This document shows, piece after piece, positions 6,671 to 12,505 of a stretch of 12,505 nt of DNA; the stretch's first letter is position 1, and each line of letters begins with the position of its first letter. The notes beneath the pieces are model-generated. The model was given only the letters and a program-made list of their open reading frames with translations, made no database searches and was not told the origin of the DNA. The stretch is from a virus (lineage: Duplodnaviria > Heunggongvirae > Uroviricota > Caudoviricetes): positions 1 to 12,505 of the IMG/VR virus record IMGVR_UViG_2671180747_000010. The stretch is one strand, 5' to 3'. The position numbers and the translations under genes are program-made.

Positions 6671-6698
6671 GCGGGTAACTTTTTAGAATAGAGGAAGT

Positions 6699-6947
6699 AT
6701 GAGTAGAAGAGAAGTTTCAGATCACGATTGGCCGCCTGAAATCATCAAGGCGCGCTTACACATGGCTGGCTTATCACTGCGCTCTTTATCTTTAAAGGCT
6801 GGTTACAGCAGGGATTCGCTGAAAAGCGTATTACGTACTCCTTGCCGACCGTATCAGCAAATAATTGCTGATGCTCTTGGGGTATCACCTGAAGAAATCT
6901 GGCCCAGTCGATACCAGGTTAAGAGCTATATGAGAAAGGCGTCATGA
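6699..6947 (+). CDS. ner: Ner-like DNA-binding transcriptional regulator (Mu Ner / Nlp family), 82 aa
   Basis: DWPPEIIKARLHMAGLSLRSLS...IIADALGVSPEEIWPSRYQ matches Mu Ner / E. coli Nlp (DWHPADIIAGLRK...IWPSRY). SD GAGGAAG upstream; located between repressor and transposase. Confidence 0.88.
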   Translation: MSRREVSDHDWPPEIIKARLHMAGLSLRSLSLKAGYSRDSLKSVLRTPCRPYQQIIADALGVSPEEIWPSRYQVKSYMRKAS

Positions 6948-6948
6948 T

Positions 6949-9039
6949 ATGTATGTCATTGCAAAAGAACTGATTGGCGCGCCCGGAATGCCTGCTACAA
7001 CAAAAGGTATTCGCCAGGCATTACAACGTTACGTACAAGGGAAAAGCTGTTGTTCCCGTCGTCGCTCAGGCTCTAAAGCAACTGAATACAGCATCGACTG
7101 TTTACCTGAAGTGACGCAGCAGGCATTACGTGAACGCTACGCCCTGCAACTGATGACGCAAAAAGCCGATGAATCACCGGCTCCGGTGGTGACAAAGGCC
7201 AGACGCTCACCTGCCGTGGTTGATGCGGTGGAGGCATATCGCGGATCACCCCAACTGATGGTCGAACGCCTCAATGCCCTGACTGAAAACCAACGTAAAG
7301 TGGCAGAGGCACGAATAGCGATCGTCAGCGAGGTGCTGAAAATCGCGCAACAACCCGGCTTTAGTTGCGCTAAGGCTATCCGGTTCCTCGTTAACAGCCT
7401 GGCACGATCACAACTGGACGAGCGCATTGTGGCAATGGTTGAGACGGCGAACGCCAAAAAGGGAAACAGCCGCGCGTTGAGTGAAATCACGCTGAAACGC
7501 TGGATTGCGGCCTTTAACAAGGCACAGAACGCCGCTGAACGCCTGCTTTTACTGGCACCGGGTAAACGCCAGGAAATAAAAGCCGAAGATATTAACTGGC
7601 TGCCCGAATTTCTGGCGCAGTATCGCCAGTCAAACGGCCGACCAATGACCGAGGCTTACGAGGATTTTGTTGCTGAATGGCAGCACCGGCACGCTGATGA
7701 GCCTTATATGCTCGATATCATGCCCTCTTATGACACCATTCGCCGCGCAATGAAGAAACTGCCGGAAGTGGTGAAACAAAAAGGCCGGGTAACTGGCAGT
7801 GAATACCGTCAGCTTGAGGGATTCACGCGCCGCGACTGGTCCAGAATGCCGGTGAATTATGTCTGGATTGGTGACGGTCACGGCATGAAGCTGAAATGCG
7901 CGCACCCGGTTCACGGGCGGCCATTCGCACCGGAAGTGACCTTTGTTATCGACGGTGGCACGCGCTTTGTGGTGGGCTGGAGCCTTGACCTGGCTGAAAA
8001 TGTTTTCGCCGTAGCCGGTGCCATACAGCACGGTATTCGCCATCATGGCAAACCGTTTCTGTATTACTCGGATAATGGCTCCGGGGAAACCGCCGACGTC
8101 CTGGATAAGGAGATTGTGGGGATACTGCCACGACTGGGGATTAATCACCCGACAGGGATTGCCGGTAATCCGCAGGGACGGGGCATTATCGAACGGCTTA
8201 ACCGCACATTACCGATGCGCATAGCCCGTAAATACCGCACCTATTTCGGGAAAGGAGCAGATCGCGAGACGTTACGTAAAACCAACCGCGATTTACGCTC
8301 GGCATTCAGTGCCCTGCAACAGGGCAAACGGCTGAACGCCCGGCAGCAGTCAGCGATGCGTGATTTACCGTCCTGGTCTGAACTGATTGATGCCATTCGT
8401 GACGGTGTTGAGTGGTACAACAACCGGCCGCACGATGAATTACCCATGAAGCCGAACGGTAAACATTACAGCCCGGCGGAGTTCAGAAAAAAACGCCTGG
8501 CGGAAGAGGACACGGAAATTGAATGGCTGTCCGATGTGGAATTGCGGGACATGTTCCGGCCGATGGTGGAACGCCCTGTAAGACGCTGTGAAATACGCTG
8601 GCTGAATAATATTTACTACGCGCCCGAGCTGCGTGATGAACATGGCCGCAAAGTGCTTATCAGCTATGACATTCATGATGCCGAACGAATTACCGTGCGT
8701 CGCCTGGATGGCAGCGTGATTTGCGAGGCGGTATGGGACGGCAATAAACGCGAAGCCTTCCCGGTCAGCGCGGAATACTACAAACAGCAGCAGCGTCTTA
8801 AAGGCATGCGTAAACGCGCAGAGGAAAAAATTCGTGATGCCGAGGATGAGGTTATCAACGTGCTGGAGCACAAGCCGCAGGAGCCATGGCTGGAAAACAT
8901 ATACCGCCCTATGGGTAATACGGTGGCCGTTCAGCAGCCAGCGATTGATGATGAACCTGACGAAGAATACGAGCGTAATTTCCAGCGGGGATTACAGCTG
9001 CTTGAAGCGAAATTAAAAGAAAATGACCCGCTGGCCTGA
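6949..9039 (+). CDS. Mu-type DDE transposase (MuA-like), 696 aa
   Basis: Starts 2 nt after the ner stop. Candidate DDE-region motifs VWIGDGHG and YYSDNGSG. C-terminus YRPMGNTVAVQQP...DEEYERNFQRGLQLLE resembles the MuA C-terminus (FRPSGNTERV...DDEYETERDEYLNHSLDILE, from memory). Confidence 0.92.
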   Translation: MYVIAKELIGAPGMPATTKGIRQALQRYVQGKSCCSRRRSGSKATEYSIDCLPEVTQQALRERYALQLMTQKADESPAPVVTKARRSPAVVDAVEAYRGSPQLMVERLNALTENQRKVAEARIAIVSEVLKIAQQPGFSCAKAIRFLVNSLARSQLDERIVAMVETANAKKGNSRALSEITLKRWIAAFNKAQNAAERLLLLAPGKRQEIKAEDINWLPEFLAQYRQSNGRPMTEAYEDFVAEWQHRHADEPYMLDIMPSYDTIRRAMKKLPEVVKQKGRVTGSEYRQLEGFTRRDWSRMPVNYVWIGDGHGMKLKCAHPVHGRPFAPEVTFVIDGGTRFVVGWSLDLAENVFAVAGAIQHGIRHHGKPFLYYSDNGSGETADVLDKEIVGILPRLGINHPTGIAGNPQGRGIIERLNRTLPMRIARKYRTYFGKGADRETLRKTNRDLRSAFSALQQGKRLNARQQSAMRDLPSWSELIDAIRDGVEWYNNRPHDELPMKPNGKHYSPAEFRKKRLAEEDTEIEWLSDVELRDMFRPMVERPVRRCEIRWLNNIYYAPELRDEHGRKVLISYDIHDAERITVRRLDGSVICEAVWDGNKREAFPVSAEYYKQQQRLKGMRKRAEEKIRDAEDEVINVLEHKPQEPWLENIYRPMGNTVAVQQPAIDDEPDEEYERNFQRGLQLLEAKLKENDPLA

Positions 9040-9120
9040 AATAAAAAAATAACCCGAGGGGTAACTCAGGTTATTTGGGTTTCAGTCTCGGAGAATGCTG
9101 TCTCAAGCGAGGTAAATAAT

Positions 9121-10053
9121 ATGACTGATATTAACGATGTAATCAAGACCATAGATGAACTTATTGATGGCGGCGTACTGACGCAGTATGCCATCGCCAG
9201 GGAGGCGGGAATTTCCGACGGCACATTATCGGCTTTCCGCAAAGGGAAATATAAAGGAGACAATGATGCTATAACGGCGGCCATGCTTTCCTGGTATGAA
9301 AACTGGAATAAACAAAGCGCACTGTCCGAGCTGCCACAGTTTGTGGAAACGCAGACAGTCCAGGAGCTGCGCGCACTGTTTCAGGCGGTTCGCCTGATGG
9401 GCTGTATTAACGTCATAGTGGGCGTGCCGGGTGTGGGTAAAACGGCCACCGCCCGTAATTACTGCCAGGAGCAACCGAACACCTGGATGATCACCCTGTC
9501 ACCCGCGCACTCCAGCGTCACGGAGTGTCTGCTGGAGCTGGCAGAGGAACTGGGGATTGATTACACCCGCGCGAACAAAGGGGCATTATCCCGCGCCATC
9601 CGCCGTCGCCTGATGGGAAAGCGCGGACTGGTGATTGTTGATGAGGCTGATCATCTTGGTATTGACGGTCTGGAGCAACTCCGGGCAATCCAGGACGCCA
9701 CAGGGGTCGGGATGGTGCTTATTGGTAACCCAAAGGGGCTGTTTAAAGGCGGACGCCGCGCCGTTGATGATTTATCTCGCCTGTTCAGCCGTCTTGCCCG
9801 TACAAAACAACTACGCAAGGCCAAAAAAGCGGATGTGCTGGCTATTGCCAGGGCATGGGGGATTAGTGGTGAGGCCGAGCTGGCTGTCATGCAGGCTATC
9901 GCTGAAAAACCGGGGGCATTACGCGTTCTGACGCATACGCTTAACCAGGCGTGGATCACCGCCAGCGGTGAAGGTGCGGCACTGACAGAAAAACATATTA
10001 ATGCGGCCTTTAAAGAGGTTTATGCCAACCCTGAATTACTCTCACAGGTGTGA
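9121..10053 (+). CDS. Mu B-like transposition ATPase / target DNA activator, 310 aa
   Basis: Walker A GVPGVGKT. Extensive similarity to Mu B as recalled (GTLSAFRKGKYKGDN vs GTISSFINDKYNGDN; LPQFVETQTV; GLVIVDEADHLG; KKADVLAIA; KPGALRVL). SD GAGGT upstream. Confidence 0.92.
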   Translation: MTDINDVIKTIDELIDGGVLTQYAIAREAGISDGTLSAFRKGKYKGDNDAITAAMLSWYENWNKQSALSELPQFVETQTVQELRALFQAVRLMGCINVIVGVPGVGKTATARNYCQEQPNTWMITLSPAHSSVTECLLELAEELGIDYTRANKGALSRAIRRRLMGKRGLVIVDEADHLGIDGLEQLRAIQDATGVGMVLIGNPKGLFKGGRRAVDDLSRLFSRLARTKQLRKAKKADVLAIARAWGISGEAELAVMQAIAEKPGALRVLTHTLNQAWITASGEGAALTEKHINAAFKEVYANPELLSQV

Positions 10054-10055
10054 TT

Positions 10056-10277
10056 ATGATTGCATTTAATATTCCTGATATTTACGGACGCTTTCACCTG
10101 GTGAATTTCGATAACGTCAAAGCAGTCTCCGTGTCTGACAGTGAAGAATGTGGCGATTTACTTTTTGAATTTAATGATCGCACCAGAATGGCAATATCGG
10201 CAGGACTTGATCGTGAAGGTGCGAAAGAAGCTTACAGCAATATTTGTCGTTTTATCGGTGCAAAACGAATCAGCTAA
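10056..10277 (+). CDS. Small protein in the Mu kil position (73 aa from ATG at 10056)
   Basis: Immediately follows the B stop (GTG at 10050 overlaps it; ATG at 10056 has an AGGTG SD). Size and position match Mu kil, but no sequence-level recognition. Confidence 0.5.
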   Translation: MIAFNIPDIYGRFHLVNFDNVKAVSVSDSEECGDLLFEFNDRTRMAISAGLDREGAKEAYSNICRFIGAKRIS

Positions 10278-10289
10278 ACGAGGTGTTAT

Positions 10290-10922
10290 ATGAATACGCA
10301 GATACAGCAGGAAATCAATGTTCTCCACAGCTTTCGAGAGTTTAACGACAATGGCTGTGAGGTTCGTGATTATATCTATGAATTGATGATCGGTGATGGT
10401 GTGTGTTTTCTGTATATAGACCTGTATCAGTGGTATGCAGACATGCAACTTGATTCCATCAGACGCCGTTTTAATCATGAATGCTTTGATGTGGATGTAT
10501 GGGAAAGCCTGCGCTTTGGTTTTCTGATTATGGATGATTATCGCCAGGGGTGGCGACACGGTTACTCCATTCTTCGTGCAATCATGCGTGGCGAAACCCG
10601 AAAAATTCCGGGGATGGGTAAAGTTAATCGAGGCTTCCTGTCAGAGCTGGCTGCATTGCGCATGAATCCATTACTGATACAACCGGAGTTCCCTATGAAT
10701 TTGTTTGATTCACTGAATAACGCCCGCCGCCTGACTGAACTTGCTGGTGCGGTACTGGAGCGCAGCAAACGCTACCCGCAACGTTTTGCACTGAAAACCA
10801 CGCCGCCGGTAAACGAAGTTAAGGGAACCGGTGAAATTGAAATCACCGTTAAGACCAACGGCCTGCGCCGCCGTGTGAAGGCCACCCGTATAAGCGGATG
10901 CACGGTTTACTGGGAAGTATGA
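10290..10922 (+). CDS. Hypothetical protein of the Mu-like early (semi-essential) region, 210 aa
   Basis: Long ORF co-oriented with the early operon with a GAGGTG SD. No recognisable motifs. Confidence 0.55.
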   Translation: MNTQIQQEINVLHSFREFNDNGCEVRDYIYELMIGDGVCFLYIDLYQWYADMQLDSIRRRFNHECFDVDVWESLRFGFLIMDDYRQGWRHGYSILRAIMRGETRKIPGMGKVNRGFLSELAALRMNPLLIQPEFPMNLFDSLNNARRLTELAGAVLERSKRYPQRFALKTTPPVNEVKGTGEIEITVKTNGLRRRVKATRISGCTVYWEV

Positions 10923-10996
10923 AGTTGCTTCATGGTTCGGCTCTGTCATCAGGTCAGACGCCGGGTCAGTTATCCGAACAAAACGAGGACCAGAGG

Positions 10997-11194
10997 ATGA
11001 GTAAAGTCGTACGCATTATTTTCGAATACAAGGAGCACGTTATCCATAAAAACGCGGATGGAACAGTGCGCATGGGGGTAAGTCTGGACATACGTTCAAC
11101 CGGGATAAAGCAGAAAGGTGATGGACCTGCCATGATTTTTGGGGGGGGGTTATGCTCGCGGAAAGCAGAGACTTTGCTGAACTTGTGGCAATGA
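10997..11194 (+). CDS. Hypothetical early-region protein, probably truncated by a frameshift at the G9 tract (intact reading would be 10997..11271, ~104 aa)
   Basis: ATG at 10997 with SD AGGACCAGAGG. A 9-G homopolymer at 11141-11149 separates it from an open frame that runs to a stop at 11269-11271, 5 nt before gam. Confidence 0.4.
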   Translation: MSKVVRIIFEYKEHVIHKNADGTVRMGVSLDIRSTGIKQKGDGPAMIFGGGLCSRKAETLLNLWQ

Positions 11195-11275
11195 AAGCCA
11201 GTGCGCTCATGAAAGATATGGACATGAGTTCCGGGGTTATTAAAGGTAATGAATTTAATCAGCAGGGGTAATTCC

Positions 11276-11827
11276 ATGAGCAAAGTACGNNNNNNNNNNN
11301 NNNNACGCGTTACAAAATTAAAGGCCGCAGCCGAGGCGGCACCGCAGACCCGTGAAGAGGTCAGCCGCGATATCCGACGCTTTGGGGATATGCAGCGTGA
11401 GGCACTACGCCTGGAAACGGCGATGAATGACGAAGTGGCAGAAATCACCGCCCGTTATACGCCGCAGATTGAAAACCTTAAAAAAGAAATCAAAGTGCTT
11501 TTTAAGGGGATTCATGACTGGTGTAAAACCAACCGCAATGAGCTGACGAACGGCGGTGAAACCAAAACTGCCAATCTGACCACCGGAACGGTGTCATGGC
11601 GGCTGGGAAATCCATCATGCAGCGTCAGTCGTGATGTGGAAGGTGTGATTGAAATGCTGCGTCGTATGGGGCTTGAGCGCTTCATCCGCACGAAAGAGGA
11701 AGTGAATAAGCAAGCTGTCCTGGCAGAGCCGGATGCGGTGAAAGGGATTGCGGGTATTAAGGTGAATAAAGGCGCTGAAAATTTTCATGTCGAGCCTTTT
11801 GAACAGGACGCCGGACTGAATAAATAA
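11276..11827 (+). CDS. gam: Host-nuclease inhibitor Gam (Mu Gam family), ~183 aa, containing a 15-N gap
   Basis: DIRRFGDMQREALRLETAMNDEVAEIT...NELTNGGETKTANLTTGTVSWR...LERFIRTKEEVNK...EPFEQDAG matches Mu Gam as recalled (DIKRIGDLQREASRLETEMNDAIAEIT...DELTNGGKVKTANLVTGDVSWR...LQRFIRTKQEINK...IPFEQEAG). Confidence 0.88.
   Translation: MSKVXXXXXXRVTKLKAAAEAAPQTREEVSRDIRRFGDMQREALRLETAMNDEVAEITARYTPQIENLKKEIKVLFKGIHDWCKTNRNELTNGGETKTANLTTGTVSWRLGNPSCSVSRDVEGVIEMLRRMGLERFIRTKEEVNKQAVLAEPDAVKGIAGIKVNKGAENFHVEPFEQDAGLNK
11290..11304. other. Run of 15 ambiguous bases (N) - assembly/scaffold gap or masked bases inside gam
   Basis: Directly visible in the sequence; true length of the missing segment is unknown. 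Confidence 1.
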
Positions 11828-11911
11828 CACCGCATTAAATCTTTAAATATCACATCGTTTTAATTATGGCGCTCGCGTCAGGGGACTGCTCGCGCCTGAA
11901 TGAGGCATGTC

Positions 11912-12490
11912 ATGAGTATTAAATATCGTTATTTTAAAATGAATGAGAGCGATTCCCGTCATTATCACAGGGAATGGCTTGATTGTGTTGGCAGGGAGCG
12001 CCAGAAATTGATTGATGATTTTCTCAGTAATCAGAATGCCAGAGGGTATTGTTATTCCTGGTATTGTGGGGATTTTTTTGTCAAATCAATACTGGTGCAT
12101 GAGGATGTTGATGTCGGAAGAAATAAACGGGTGTTGTCTGATAAATTTGATGAAGATGGCCGTACTTTATTTTCAGTTAAGCCCGACCGCAGATTCAGAG
12201 AGGGAAAAAAACTGAACAAAGCACTGAATATCTTAAACGAGAAGTTAAAACAGCTTCCGTCATTCAGTACCTGGATGGTTAATAAACTGGACTGCTATTT
12301 TGAGGTTTTTGGTGTCAGCAACGGCCGCACAGTTATGGCGTGCTCTTCTGCCGGGTTCTATGGCGACAAAGGGGCTGTTGTGGTTCGTATTCCTGTCGGT
12401 GAATCAGATAATGCCTTTTCACCTGAAAAGCTGCATCCGTCATTGATGGCAATCAAGCATTCCGAATTCATCGCAATAACGGAGGAATAA
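11912..12490 (+). CDS. Hypothetical protein, AT-rich accessory gene downstream of gam (192 aa from ATG at 11912)
   Basis: ATG at 11912 with GAGG SD 6 nt upstream (the track's start at 11900 lacks one). No recognisable motifs; the gene looks AT-rich by eye relative to the neighbouring A/B/gam genes. Confidence 0.55.
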   Translation: MSIKYRYFKMNESDSRHYHREWLDCVGRERQKLIDDFLSNQNARGYCYSWYCGDFFVKSILVHEDVDVGRNKRVLSDKFDEDGRTLFSVKPDRRFREGKKLNKALNILNEKLKQLPSFSTWMVNKLDCYFEVFGVSNGRTVMACSSAGFYGDKGAVVVRIPVGESDNAFSPEKLHPSLMAIKHSEFIAITEE

Positions 12491-12493
12491 TTC

Positions 12494-12505
12494 ATGATTG
12501 ATGCA
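12494..12505 (+). CDS. 5' end of a further early-region gene (partial, runs off the window)
   Basis: ATG at 12494 preceded by GGAGG SD (12481-12485). Only 4 codons visible. Confidence 0.3.

Larger units (their letters stand above)
5706..12505 (+). mobile_element. Mu-like transposable prophage, left arm (repressor-ner-A-B-kil-...-gam); continues beyond right window edge
   Basis: Gene order and orientation identical to the phage Mu left end, with clear Ner, MuA, MuB and Gam homologues. The left terminus probably lies within 5706-5977 but the exact end is not identified. Confidence 0.75.

Noticed and set aside
11852-11898. Direct repeat GCTCGCG x2 (11869-11875 and 11885-11891) upstream of the 192-aa gene
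   Set aside because: Short and GC-rich, it could arise by chance; no supporting symmetry or promoter elements were identified.
1-12505. CRISPR arrays, tRNA/rRNA genes, IS elements
   Set aside because: No regularly spaced direct repeats, no tRNA-like or rRNA-like sequence recognised, and the only transposase is the MuA-like phage enzyme rather than an IS with flanking short inverted repeats.

Overview
The window appears to span the junction of two prophage-type elements in an enterobacterial genome; all homology statements are from reading the translations and from memory, with no database search run. (1) Positions ~1-5705 look like the nin/Q end of a lambdoid prophage on the minus strand: a 90-aa hypothetical, a 349-aa DUF968/HNH-like protein, RusA resolvase, a Q-like antiterminator, then a late-promoter region and three terminator hairpins at the left edge. 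Embedded in it on the opposite strand is a two-gene module (PAPS-reductase-family PP-loop protein plus ParB/DGxHR-like protein, resembling YbdN/YbdM or IbrA/IbrB), which is my top candidate for an uncharacterised system. Also there are two tiny membrane-peptide ORFs and a DUF551-type gene whose natural start is cut off by an in-frame TGA. (2) From ~5.7-6.0 kb to the window end is the left arm of a Mu-like transposable prophage: leftward repressor, operator/early-promoter region, ner, MuA-like DDE transposase, MuB-like ATPase, a small kil-position gene, hypotheticals, gam (interrupted by a 15-N gap) and an AT-rich accessory gene. A G9 homopolymer splits one small early gene. No rRNA, tRNA or CRISPR array was seen.
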